From contig JAAYLU010000015.1 of NCBI GenBank assembly GCA_012521675.1, positions 4,617 through 68,616 on the forward strand: a stretch of 64,000 nucleotides of DNA, read 5' to 3'. This stretch comes from Synergistaceae bacterium. Its GTDB lineage: Bacteria; Synergistota; Synergistia; Synergistales; Aminobacteriaceae. Below are positions 25,512-34,796 of the stretch, piece by piece. A program made the position numbers and the translations under genes. Under the pieces are notes generated by a model. The model did not search any database, was not told where the DNA came from, and saw only the letters and a list, made by a program, of their open reading frames with translations. Positions within the stretch are counted from its first letter, which is position 1. Every line of letters starts with the position of its first letter.

Positions 25512-26779
25512 ACCTCCACCTCCTCGCCCGGTCGCACCGTCTCTCGCGACGCGGGAAGTCGGATGAGGCCGTCCGCGTCTCGAAGAGCTCCGGAGAAGGA
25601 GGACTTTACAGGACGGGGAAGAGCCTTCCCATCCTCGATCGAACAGGGGAGAAACTCCTCGACTCCCGAATGGCCGTATACCGGCTCTGTCACCGTGAGG
25701 AAAATCACACTCTGAGGCACCCTAGGCCGCCCCGTGTGAATCGCGTGCATCAGCGGGAGAGCCACCGTGTATGCCGACAGGAAACAGGAGAAGGGATGGC
25801 CCGGAAGTCCAAAGACCAACTTTCTGTCATCTCTCGCACCGGCGATCAGGGTCGGCTTCCCGGGGGACATGAGGATGCCCCGCACCAGCATCCCGGGATC
25901 GGACAAAGACTCGAAAAGGCGCGAGGTCTGGTCTCTTGCGCTCACGGAGGACCCTCCGTTTACCAGAACCACATCGCACTCGTCGTAGGCGAGCTGGAAC
26001 AGTCTCTCAAGCGAACCGATATCGTCCCCTGCTATTCCGTAGAATCGGGGCTCGTAACCTTGACTTCGCATCAAGGAGGACAGGATATGAGAGTTTACAT
26101 CTCTTATCTGTCCCGAGGATAGAAAGGCCGTGTCGTATGGGACTATCTCGTCACCCGAGCTTATTATCCCCGCCTTGATGCGGAGGGCGCTTACCTCCGC
26201 CACTCCTGCGCAGGCAGGGATACCCAGAGTCCTGAAATCCAAAAGAGCGCCTTTCTCAAGCAGGACGGTACCTGCATCATATTCCTCCCCGGCGGAGACG
26301 GTATTTTCCTCTCTTTGCACGGAATCCCTGATCTCTATCCATTCTCCCGACTCTTCCGCGAACTCTGCCATGACGACGGCATCCGTCCCCATGGGCAGAG
26401 CGCCTCCGGTGTGTATGAGAGCGCATTCGCCCGGTTCCACGGAGAAACAGGGCATCCCTCCCATGGGGACCTCGCCCTTCAGGCGCAGGAACGCGGGGTT
26501 CAAGGCGGACGCCCCGAAACAGTCCAAGCTTGAAAGAGCAAAACCATCCCTGGTGCTCCTTGTAAAGGGCGGAGAGGGCTCGCGCGAAAAGACGGGCGAA
26601 GCTAAACGCCTCCCTTCGGCCTGGGAAAGAGGCAAAAGCTCCGAGCTCGCACTCCATGGAAAAGCAAGTGTATCCACGGTATATTTTATGGCAGAAGGCC
26701 TGTCCGTCAATTCTTGAACAAAACCGGCCATTGCAGTTTCTCCTTCCATGAGCGCGACATACCGGATGTCATATTTCAA
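25499..26779 (-). CDS. moeA: molybdopterin molybdenumtransferase MoeA (stand-alone paralogue)
   Basis: 426 aa with STRDGFAL, VNGGSSVSARD, LPGHPFS and a MoeA C-terminal beta-barrel. Confidence 0.88.
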   Translation of the reverse strand: MKYDIRYVALMEGETAMAGFVQELTDRPSAIKYTVDTLAFPWSASSELLPLSQAEGRRLASPVFSREPSPPFTRSTRDGFALSSLDCFGASALNPAFLRLKGEVPMGGMPCFSVEPGECALIHTGGALPMGTDAVVMAEFAEESGEWIEIRDSVQREENTVSAGEEYDAGTVLLEKGALLDFRTLGIPACAGVAEVSALRIKAGIISSGDEIVPYDTAFLSSGQIRDVNSHILSSLMRSQGYEPRFYGIAGDDIGSLERLFQLAYDECDVVLVNGGSSVSARDQTSRLFESLSDPGMLVRGILMSPGKPTLIAGARDDRKLVFGLPGHPFSCFLSAYTVALPLMHAIHTGRPRVPQSVIFLTVTEPVYGHSGVEEFLPCSIEDGKALPRPVKSSFSGALRDADGLIRLPASRETVRPGEEVEVWLW

Positions 26780-26788
26780 GAAACGCGC

Positions 26789-27460
26789 TTACTTTATAGG
26801 AACTACGAACACGGGGAAACCCGACTGAGTCAGCCTGTGGGATAGACTGACCGCATCGGCCCTTGTGTTTCCGGCCGGCACGGTCACTCTGTGAAAGGTC
26901 TTTCCATGTACGATTCCCGTGGAGACGAAGGCTTTATACCCGGAGCTCTCGGCCTGTCGTCTCACCGTCTCAGCACTCCCCTTCTCCGTGAAAGAGCCTA
27001 TCTGGACCCCCCAGCGCCCTTGAGCAGGCACGGGCTTGGGCGCAGGGGCCGGTTTGGGTGCAGGTTTGGGTGCAGGGGCCGGTTTGGGTGCGGGAGGCGG
27101 TGGAGCGGGTTTCGGCACCGGAAGGGCAATGCTGGCGGTTGGGGCGGGCGTAGGCTTGGCCGCATTCTCCTTGTCATCTTGCGTCACCGGGGAAGCGATG
27201 GGTGCATCGCCGGCATGCGGGGCCGGCTGCCACCGTTCGGTAGCAGGCGCGTCTATTACGGGCTCGGCTGTCCGAGAACCATCACTCTGTTCTATGGGCA
27301 AGGGCGTGTAGGGGGTATGCTTTGCACCGGAGAAGAAAAAGAGTTTTATGCCAACGACAAGAAGCCCGACGGCAACAAGCCCGATTACGGGAAGCATTAT
27401 TTCGCCGAACGGGATTACAGTTTTCTTCTCTCTATGCCTTCTGCTTTCTCTTACGGACAC
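26789..27460 (-). CDS. SPOR-domain (septal peptidoglycan-binding) protein with Pro/Ala/Lys-rich linker
   Basis: One TM helix (MLPVIGLVAVGLLVVGIKLFFF), a (PAPKPA)n linker, and a C-terminal SPOR fold (WGVQIGSFTEKGSAETV...FHRVTVPAG...A). GTG at 27460 lies 6 nt after GGGAGGG; the ORF-track start at 27616 is less likely. Confidence 0.75.
   Translation of the reverse strand: MSVRESRRHREKKTVIPFGEIMLPVIGLVAVGLLVVGIKLFFFSGAKHTPYTPLPIEQSDGSRTAEPVIDAPATERWQPAPHAGDAPIASPVTQDDKENAAKPTPAPTASIALPVPKPAPPPPAPKPAPAPKPAPKPAPAPKPVPAQGRWGVQIGSFTEKGSAETVRRQAESSGYKAFVSTGIVHGKTFHRVTVPAGNTRADAVSLSHRLTQSGFPVFVVPIK
27031..27118 (-). repeat. in-frame short tandem repeat encoding (PAPKPA)n
   Basis: Plus-strand GGTTTGGGTGCAGGGGCC-type units are iterated. 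They translate on the - strand to PAPPPPAPKPAPAPKPAPKPAPAPKP. Confidence 0.7.
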
Positions 27461-27749
27461 TGTCGACCCTCCCGGTCCGTTCCTCTCTTTGAAGCGCTGT
27501 AATGTATGACTTGCAGCGGTGAGTATATAACTGCGGAATCTCTGTGATGCCCCGAATAATCTCACATACGAGCATGCGCTGCCTCGGCGATACTCTGCTA
27601 TCGTGCCGGCGAGCAACGCTATATTACTAGAGAGGAAACATACGCTTCTTGAGGAGCGCCTGAACGAACCTGCCCAAGAACTCCTAAAACCGTGCGAACG
27701 CCCGTTAAATCAGGATACTCGGGCAACTGGTCATAAGACCTCCCCCGGT

Positions 27750-28904
27750 CTATCCCTGCTTCTTGTTCCTTCGAATAATCGAGGGGATGTCATACGGGTT
27801 TTTTGGCACTCCGCTTATCGAAAACATATCCTCGTCCTGAATGGGAAGCACCTCCGCCTCCTCCAGGATCACTCCCGGCGACTTTTGCTTCGCGGCGGAA
27901 AACTTTGCGGCGAAGTTCGTGACTGTCTTCCTCTCTCTTTCAGAGCTGAAGCCGGTCGCTATGACGGTGATCTGGATTTTCTCCGCCATATCCTCGGCCA
28001 CTGTGTGTCCCCATATGACAATTGCGTCCTCGTCCGCCGTCTCGGTGATAATCGCCGCAGCTTTTCTGATCTCGTGGATCCCGAGGTCCGGCCCGCCGGT
28101 GATATTGAATAGTATTCCCTTGGCGCCTTTCATGGGAATGGACATAAGAGGCGACTTGATCGCCGTCTTCGCAGCCGTCTCCGCGCGGTTTTCCCCGTCG
28201 CCCGAGCCGATTCCCATAATGGCGGAACCCGCGTTCTGCATTACCGTCCTCACGTCGGCAAAGTCAACGTTGATCAGGCTGGGCTTGAGGATGAGATCCG
28301 TAACTCCCTGAACAGCCTGGCGCAGAACCTCGTCCGCAAGTTTATATGCCTCGGAGTGTTTTGTCTTCTCATCTGTAAGCTCCAGGAGGCGATCGTTTTC
28401 CACCACCAGAAGAGCGTCGACCTTTTCCCTCAGGACTGTGATGCCTTCCGCGGCCTGCTTCCTTCTCCTGTTCATCTCGAACGAGAAGGGGAAGGTGACG
28501 ACCGCGACGACCAGGGCACCGGCCTCTTTTGCGACCTCGGCAATGATCGGGGATGCTCCGGTTCCCGTCCCTCCGCCCATGCCGGCAGTTATAAAGACCA
28601 TATCGGCACCCGATACGACCTCTCGAATCTTGTCAATGGACTCCTTGGCGCTGTTCATGCCGACCGTTGGATCGGAGCCGGCGCCCAACCCCTTGGTCAG
28701 TTTTTCTCCTAATGTCACTTTGGAATTCGCCTGGGAGAGGTTCAAAGAGCCGACATCGGTATTTGCAGCGATAAAATGAACGCCTGTCACACCGCTTCTG
28801 ATGATATGATTCAGGGCGTTTCCGCCGCCTCCGCCGACGCCGACGACCTTGATCTCCTCCCTGTGGGGCCTTGGGGTTTCATTGACTTGGAAAACCTGCT
28901 CCAT
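27750..28904 (-). CDS. ftsZ: cell division protein FtsZ
   Basis: GVGGGGGNA and GMGGGTGTGASP tubulin signature, plus a conserved C-terminal peptide (DIPSIIRR). Confidence 0.97.
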   Translation of the reverse strand: MEQVFQVNETPRPHREEIKVVGVGGGGGNALNHIIRSGVTGVHFIAANTDVGSLNLSQANSKVTLGEKLTKGLGAGSDPTVGMNSAKESIDKIREVVSGADMVFITAGMGGGTGTGASPIIAEVAKEAGALVVAVVTFPFSFEMNRRRKQAAEGITVLREKVDALLVVENDRLLELTDEKTKHSEAYKLADEVLRQAVQGVTDLILKPSLINVDFADVRTVMQNAGSAIMGIGSGDGENRAETAAKTAIKSPLMSIPMKGAKGILFNITGGPDLGIHEIRKAAAIITETADEDAIVIWGHTVAEDMAEKIQITVIATGFSSERERKTVTNFAAKFSAAKQKSPGVILEEAEVLPIQDEDMFSISGVPKNPYDIPSIIRRNKKQG

Positions 28905-28938
28905 CTTCTTTTCCTCCCCGAATGCGGAACGGAGGCAC

Positions 28939-30252
28939 CTAAAAAAGTTCCTTAACGGACTTTTTCAGATACTCCATGAAACCGCGGATACCATCCGTCC
29001 GGTCCGCCGTGCTCTTTCTCTGATGCTTGACAGCTACACCGGTCGTATACTGGGAAACACCGGAGCGAAGCTCGGCGACGGACGTCTCTATATATCTGTA
29101 AGGATTCCGGTCCCTGCTCGTCATGTACCTCACGACGCCCGCGACGGTCGTGTACTCGCAGTCGTTTCTTCCCGGGGGCATCTGGTAGACGTCAAGCGGT
29201 TCCGCAATCCGAACTGGCAGATTCAATAACTCCGAGGCGAAGAGCTCTATCCCCCGGGTCTTTGCCACTCCTCCCGACAGCACGATACCGGCCGGGAACA
29301 TATGCATGCTGAACTCGGCAAGCTGCTGTTTGACATGCTCGCTGAACAGCTCTTCAAGTCGGCAGTTGACGACCTCCGCCGCTTCCGTCGTGCTGAACGT
29401 CTTCAGGCGGCCCCTAACGTCAACGTCGAGCTCCTGCTGCTCGTCCTCCTCGGAGTTCAACGAGACGAGCTTTTTTACCTCCTCGGCCTTGCTTATCGGT
29501 ATCTTCATCACGTAGGCCAGGTCGTTTGTTATATGGTCGCCCCCTATCGGAACTATCGAGAGCTTTATAGGGCGGCCGTCGGTGTAGAGGGCCACTCCGG
29601 TGGTGCCGCCCCCGATGCATAGGGAGATCACGCCGGCCCTTGTCTCCTCGTCGGTCAACGATCCCAGGGCGCATGCGAGGGATTTTATGACAAGCCCGTT
29701 GACCTGGATCCCCGCGCTCTCGACGCAGTTGATTATATTCTGCACCACTGTCGTCGGGACGATCACGGACTGCAGCTCCATCTCGAGACGGATGCCCGTC
29801 ATTCCGAGAGGGTCGTCTATGCCCGAGTTTCCGTCTATCGAGTACTTCACCGGTATCGTGTGGAGAGTCACCCGGTTGGGGGGGATGGAGAGCTCGCTCT
29901 GCGCCGCCTCTATGACTCTTTCAACGTCGGAGATCGAGACCTGGCGAGGCGCCCTGCCGAGCGAGACCATGCCTCGCGAGGTGATCGACGAGACCTCCAT
30001 GCCGCTGAAAGAGACCGTGGCCTCCTCTATGGGGAACCCCACCATATTCTCCGCGTCCCTGACCGCCTGGCGGACGGATCTGACCGCCTGTTCGAGATTG
30101 ATTATAAGGCCTTTGCGTATGCCCTGGGATGGAGCGTATCCCACGCCGATTATTTGAGCCTCCTGGAAACGGGAATCCCTCTCCGCAATCACCACGGATA
30201 TCTTACTAGTACCAAGATCCAGCCCAACTAATATTTCCGGCTCTTTGTACAT
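28939..30252 (-). CDS. ftsA: cell division protein FtsA
   Basis: Actin-like ATPase blocks (VGLDLGTSK, CIGGGTTGV, LSGGVAKTRG). Position upstream of ftsZ. Confidence 0.93.
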   Translation of the reverse strand: MYKEPEILVGLDLGTSKISVVIAERDSRFQEAQIIGVGYAPSQGIRKGLIINLEQAVRSVRQAVRDAENMVGFPIEEATVSFSGMEVSSITSRGMVSLGRAPRQVSISDVERVIEAAQSELSIPPNRVTLHTIPVKYSIDGNSGIDDPLGMTGIRLEMELQSVIVPTTVVQNIINCVESAGIQVNGLVIKSLACALGSLTDEETRAGVISLCIGGGTTGVALYTDGRPIKLSIVPIGGDHITNDLAYVMKIPISKAEEVKKLVSLNSEEDEQQELDVDVRGRLKTFSTTEAAEVVNCRLEELFSEHVKQQLAEFSMHMFPAGIVLSGGVAKTRGIELFASELLNLPVRIAEPLDVYQMPPGRNDCEYTTVAGVVRYMTSRDRNPYRYIETSVAELRSGVSQYTTGVAVKHQRKSTADRTDGIRGFMEYLKKSVKELF

Positions 30253-31044
30253 TTATTTCCCGCTCCCTTCCTGATCGCCGCTGTTCATGCTCCGGACGAT
30301 AATTCTGTCGGTGTATGTAGTGTCTATTATAATATTGTCTCCGAGAAAATGTAACTGCTCCATTACCTGAGCGAGGGCGGGGGCGATCTCGTCCCACTGA
30401 AGGAGCTCTCCCCGGAGGAGGAGCCTCGACCCCTCCTTCAACGAGAGGCTTAGAAGATATCGTCCTTCCCGCCGCGAGATATTTATTCGCTCAACCTGTG
30501 TTATCCATCTATTTTTCGCAAGGCCCGCAATCCAACCCTCAAGAAGATCCATCGGGAATACAATTTTCGCGGCGACGATCGTCTCATCCTCCCCGTGAGG
30601 CGGAGGGAACTCGTCGGAAAAGTCAAAAGGCGGTCCTTCAGGAGGTTTGATGCCTTTCAGAACCTCGTTCAACTCATGTTCACTCTCCCAAGCGACTCCC
30701 TCTTTTGAGACGAAATAATCCTTTTCACCCCACCTCGCCGAAATCCACGGGATCAACGGGTCTACGCCGACGGAGGCGCCTGTGATTCCCCTTCGAGAAA
30801 TGAGGCACACCAACGGCGCCGCCCGCTCTATCCTGTTCTGCAATGCCTCTCTTTCGTAGAAAAACACCGGCCAATACCGCAAGGCCTCGGGGCTGACGCT
30901 TTCCCAAAACAGCAACTCCGCTATCGGGTCCGAGGTTTCGACCCACAGGTTGCTCATGGATAAGAACTGGAAGTATGACTCGCATCCGGAGACCATACCC
31001 AGAATTAGAGAGACGATTAGGGTTAAATTGCGCCATCTGCCCAT
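30253..31044 (-). CDS. ftsQ: FtsQ/DivIB-like cell division protein
   Basis: An N-terminal TM helix and a ~240-aa extracytoplasmic domain in the canonical murC-ftsQ-ftsA slot. The assignment is mainly by synteny and topology. Confidence 0.6.
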   Translation of the reverse strand: MGRWRNLTLIVSLILGMVSGCESYFQFLSMSNLWVETSDPIAELLFWESVSPEALRYWPVFFYEREALQNRIERAAPLVCLISRRGITGASVGVDPLIPWISARWGEKDYFVSKEGVAWESEHELNEVLKGIKPPEGPPFDFSDEFPPPHGEDETIVAAKIVFPMDLLEGWIAGLAKNRWITQVERINISRREGRYLLSLSLKEGSRLLLRGELLQWDEIAPALAQVMEQLHFLGDNIIIDTTYTDRIIVRSMNSGDQEGSGK

Positions 31045-31119
31045 TATACATCACAAAGTAAAAACCGAATAAAATCCAAGTCACGCTTTAACGCTTTGCA
31101 CAAACCCACACAGTTCCGC

Positions 31120-32577
31120 CTAAAGTTCGCCGGCAAAGACCGGCGACCCTATCTGTCTCCGGGCGCGAGAGTCCGCATTCGCCCTTGCCAGGAGGCTTTC
31201 GCCGATGATCGAGACGTCGCCCGCGCCGATGGTAAGGACAATATCGCCGCTCTCGCACATTCCCTCCAGCGCCGACACGGCGTCCTCGAGAGAAGAGCAC
31301 ATGGTGCAAGCTGTCTTCATCTTCTTCGGCAGGTTGTCCGCTATCAGAAGGGAGGATATCCCGGGAATGGGATCCTCGTCCGCCTGGTATACCGGCAGGA
31401 GGAGCAGCCTGTCCGCCATCGACAGCACCTGGGCGAACTCCTTGTACAGGGCTCTCGTCCTGGTGTACCTATGAGGTTGAAACGCCACTATCAAGCGCCT
31501 GTCCGGATACATCCTCTCCAGGGTGCTCAGGGTGGCCATGATCTCCCTCGGATGGTGACCGTAATCGTCGTACAGGTCGACGCCCTTTACATTTCCGATA
31601 TGCTGCAATCTGCGCTTGGTACCACGGAAGGCCCTCAGGGTGCGCTTGATCACTGCGACAGGCACGCCAAGCCTGTGGGATACGGCGCAGGCGGCCAATG
31701 AATTGAGGATGTTATGCTCGCCTGATATCGACAGTTCGATCTCATCCAGGAACTCTCCTTTATGCGAAAGAGAGAATCTCACCCCTCCGCCGGGCTTGTG
31801 AAGGACGGCACCCGCCCCCCAATCCCATGCCCCTCCCCAGCCGTATGAGACTGCGCCCGCGGGGATGACGCCCATGGACTTCAGCCTGGAAAGGCCTGGG
31901 TCCTCCGCGCAATATACGAGGAAACCCCCGTCTTTCAAGTTTCCTATGAAGCGGGCGAAGGCCTCGAGGACGCTCTCGTATGTCGGGAAATAGTTTACGT
32001 GGTCCCAGTCGACATTTGTGATGACGGAGATCTCGGGATGGAATTTCTCGAACGAGCCATCGCTCTCATCGAGCTCGGCGACCATGTACTTGCCGTTTCC
32101 AAGCTTGGCGTTCACCCCTATATCGCACAGCTCTCCCCCGATCGCCAGGGTGGGATTCATGCCGGCCTGCTCCAGGATGAGGGAGATCATTGAAGAGGTG
32201 GTCGTCTTTCCATGGGTGCCGGCAACGCCTATCCCGCAGCGAGAATCGAAGATCCAGCTCAAAACCTCTCCTCTTTTGGCGACGGCCACTCCGCTCGCCC
32301 TGGCCGCAAGGATCTCCTCGTTGTCCTCCGCTATTGCACTGCTGTATATCAGGAGGTCGGGGAAGAACTTCTCCATGTGGGCGCGACCATGGCCAAGAAC
32401 CACTGCAACACCCTCTTTTAAGACCTTGTCGATGTAGGAGGTGTGAATCATGTCACAGCCGCTCACCTCGAAGCCTAGTTCCGCAAGTAAAAGCGCAAGC
32501 CCGCTCATGCCGGCCCCGCCGATACCCATCAGGTGAATTCTACGGATGCCGTCGAAATGCGATAAAGTAGTCTCCAA
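31120..32577 (-). CDS. murC: UDP-N-acetylmuramate--L-alanine ligase
   Basis: IHLMGIGGAGMSGLA and GTHGKTTT Mur-ligase motifs, with a C-terminal Mur ligase domain. Confidence 0.94.
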   Translation of the reverse strand: METTLSHFDGIRRIHLMGIGGAGMSGLALLLAELGFEVSGCDMIHTSYIDKVLKEGVAVVLGHGRAHMEKFFPDLLIYSSAIAEDNEEILAARASGVAVAKRGEVLSWIFDSRCGIGVAGTHGKTTTSSMISLILEQAGMNPTLAIGGELCDIGVNAKLGNGKYMVAELDESDGSFEKFHPEISVITNVDWDHVNYFPTYESVLEAFARFIGNLKDGGFLVYCAEDPGLSRLKSMGVIPAGAVSYGWGGAWDWGAGAVLHKPGGGVRFSLSHKGEFLDEIELSISGEHNILNSLAACAVSHRLGVPVAVIKRTLRAFRGTKRRLQHIGNVKGVDLYDDYGHHPREIMATLSTLERMYPDRRLIVAFQPHRYTRTRALYKEFAQVLSMADRLLLLPVYQADEDPIPGISSLLIADNLPKKMKTACTMCSSLEDAVSALEGMCESGDIVLTIGAGDVSIIGESLLARANADSRARRQIGSPVFAGEL

Positions 32578-33663
32578 TTAAATAATCTCCCTTCCAATAC
32601 TGGACGAGATCAGCCGCCATAAAGATTCTGACTCATCTCCCTCTATATAAGGCCGCCAGGATGCTCGTTCACCCTGCAGAATCCTGAACAGGCTTTCTTT
32701 CAACGACTCCGGCGCTTCATCTTCCCGCCAGATTTCACCGATATTACTCTCGAGGAAGCAGCGGGCATTCATTTCCTGATGATCATCCGAAGCGCCCGCC
32801 CACGGTATCACCACGGACGGAATGCCCAAGGCACCCAACTCGGCCAGAGTAGAAGCTCCTCCTCGAGTCAACGCGGCGTCGATCAAAGAATAAAATCCTG
32901 ACATATCCCGCTGCTTTTCGGTAACATACACGTTGCATCCGCCGTCCTCTTTTCTTCCCGGAGGGCGACCTTTCTCGACTCCTCCAAGGATTATAAAAGA
33001 AACACGGTCAAAAACGGGGTCATTTACAACGAACCCTGATAATTGTATCAGTCGTTGGCTTATAAGTGAACCACCAAGGACCCCGACGATCTTCCCTTTT
33101 GGAAAAGGCACTCTGAAACCCAATGACGACCAGGCCTTCTCGGGCGGTCCAAGATTAAACCTTCTTACAGGAATCCCGGTCCTGTGAAAGTCACATGGTG
33201 AAAAGGGCGAACAGACCTCCCACCCGGAGGCGATCTTCTTTCCAAGGAAGCGCGCCAGGCGCGTGGTCTTCCCCGCTGTTGCGTTCTGTTCGTGAGCTAT
33301 GACCGGTATGCCGTAAAAATGACAGAGAAGGAGGGGTATGAGCGAAACGTAGCCCCCGAAGAGGACGCATGCGTCGAAAGAGTGCCGCCTTATCAGCCTT
33401 CTGAACTCGAAGATCGACCTGTAAAGCCCGAGCAGGCGGCTTGCTTTGTCTTTGATCCCATCGGCACCCAGAGGAGACCCGCTGATTGGAAGAGTGATCG
33501 GGTCGAAGCCCAGGCCACTGTATATCTCCCTCTCCATGGGACGGGTGCCGCAGACGAAAAAAACATTCACCTCCTTATGGTTTTCTCTTATCCACTCTCC
33601 GAAGGCGATCGCCGGGACTATGTGCCCTCCCGTTCCTCCGGCCACGATGCAGAGGCGTTTCAT
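32578..33663 (-). CDS. murG: undecaprenyldiphospho-muramoylpentapeptide beta-N-acetylglucosaminyltransferase
   Basis: MKRLCIVAGGTGGHIVPAIA N-terminus and C-terminal TRGGASTLAEL. ATG at 33663 overlaps the ftsW stop (ATGA); the ORF-track start at 33840 is an extension. Confidence 0.92.
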   Translation of the reverse strand: MKRLCIVAGGTGGHIVPAIAFGEWIRENHKEVNVFFVCGTRPMEREIYSGLGFDPITLPISGSPLGADGIKDKASRLLGLYRSIFEFRRLIRRHSFDACVLFGGYVSLIPLLLCHFYGIPVIAHEQNATAGKTTRLARFLGKKIASGWEVCSPFSPCDFHRTGIPVRRFNLGPPEKAWSSLGFRVPFPKGKIVGVLGGSLISQRLIQLSGFVVNDPVFDRVSFIILGGVEKGRPPGRKEDGGCNVYVTEKQRDMSGFYSLIDAALTRGGASTLAELGALGIPSVVIPWAGASDDHQEMNARCFLESNIGEIWREDEAPESLKESLFRILQGERASWRPYIEGDESESLWRLISSSIGREII

Positions 33664-34796
33664 TGGATGATCGCCTCCTTGCAGACCCTCATGATCAACC
33701 CTACCCTTACCCACATGAAAAGAAGCGAGCTGCCCCCGTAGCTGATGAAGGGAAGCGGGATACCCGTGAGAGGCATGAGCTTGAGCACGCCGCCGAGGTT
33801 GATGAAGAGAGGGATCAACAGGGAGGCCGAGACGGCCCATGTAAGAGCCGTGTGGAAAGGATCCTTCATGCTCCTGTACAGTAGATAGGCTCTGATAGTC
33901 CAGATGAAGAAAAGGAGCAGGATCATGAAGGAGCCCACAAACCCGAACTCCTCCCCTATGGTGGCGAAGATATAGTCGGTCCGGGCCGCCGGAAGATAGT
34001 TCAGTTTTTGAAGACCCTTCCCGATGCCGACTCCCAGGAGTCCTCCGTTGGCGAAGGCCACCATGCCCTGGATCACCTGGAAGCCGCTTTTAAGCGGCTC
34101 CTCCCATGGATCGACGAAGGCCATGTATCTTCTGAGGCGATACCCCGCTTGAATGATGATGAAGAAGAAAAATGCGAATCCTGCTCCACCGAACAGGATC
34201 GGCCAACTCCATCCCCTAGTCTCGACGTGTATCGCCATCGTCAGGGCAAATATCAGGATGATTCCGCCCATGTTGGGCTGGAAAATAAGCGGAACTGCGG
34301 AGAAACCCAAAACAGGCGCTGTCAGGGAGAAGAATGCCTTCATTCCCCCTTTTGGCGACTTGGTAAGAATTTTGGAGAGGTGAACGGCCACGGCCAGCGA
34401 TAGGAGCTCTATCGGCTGGAAGCGGAGTCCTCCCAGCCCGATCCAGCGCCTGGCACCTCCCGCCTTTATCCCCAGTCCCGGGATCAGAGTCAATACGAGC
34501 AGCACCAGAGAGACGACCCACAGAACGCCGCTGTACTCCCTCCATTTGGAGATGGGAATCAGATAGACGGCGATCATCGACAGGATGGACAGTAATAGCC
34601 ACTGCACCTGGCGCATTCCAAGGGCGAATGGTGATCCGAACTCCTCGAGGGCCGTGTGTGACGTCAGCGAGAAGATCATCAGTATGCCAAAGGCGTTCAG
34701 TACCAGCGGGATGATCCAAAGCACGGGATCAACTCCCACAGTCCGCCTTCTCTTTTCATACCTGAATTCCAGTGTCTGTTCAAGATTGACTTTCAT
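33660..34796 (-). CDS. ftsW: SEDS-family peptidoglycan polymerase FtsW
   Basis: About 10 TM segments and SEDS blocks (RWIGLGGLRFQPIEL, PAARTDYIFA, LMPLTGIPLPFISYGGSS). ATG at 34796 overlaps the murD stop (ATGA). The upstream 222 codons of the ORF-track model overlap murD and are rejected. Confidence 0.9.
   Translation of the reverse strand: MKVNLEQTLEFRYEKRRRTVGVDPVLWIIPLVLNAFGILMIFSLTSHTALEEFGSPFALGMRQVQWLLLSILSMIAVYLIPISKWREYSGVLWVVSLVLLVLTLIPGLGIKAGGARRWIGLGGLRFQPIELLSLAVAVHLSKILTKSPKGGMKAFFSLTAPVLGFSAVPLIFQPNMGGIILIFALTMAIHVETRGWSWPILFGGAGFAFFFFIIIQAGYRLRRYMAFVDPWEEPLKSGFQVIQGMVAFANGGLLGVGIGKGLQKLNYLPAARTDYIFATIGEEFGFVGSFMILLLFFIWTIRAYLLYRSMKDPFHTALTWAVSASLLIPLFINLGGVLKLMPLTGIPLPFISYGGSSLLFMWVRVGLIMRVCKEAIIQ

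Noticed and set aside
26780-26788. Room for a Moco riboswitch upstream of the moeA-moaA-moaC block
   Set aside because: Only 9 nt separate the SPOR gene stop from the first moeA start, so no riboswitch can be accommodated here.
27705-27734. 9-codon mini-ORF (MTSCPSILI) with a strong SD (GGGGGAGG), 15 nt after the ftsZ stop
   Set aside because: It is too short to evaluate and could be chance. It is mentioned only as a possible leader peptide in the ftsZ-SPOR spacer, and I found no supporting terminator/antiterminator structure.
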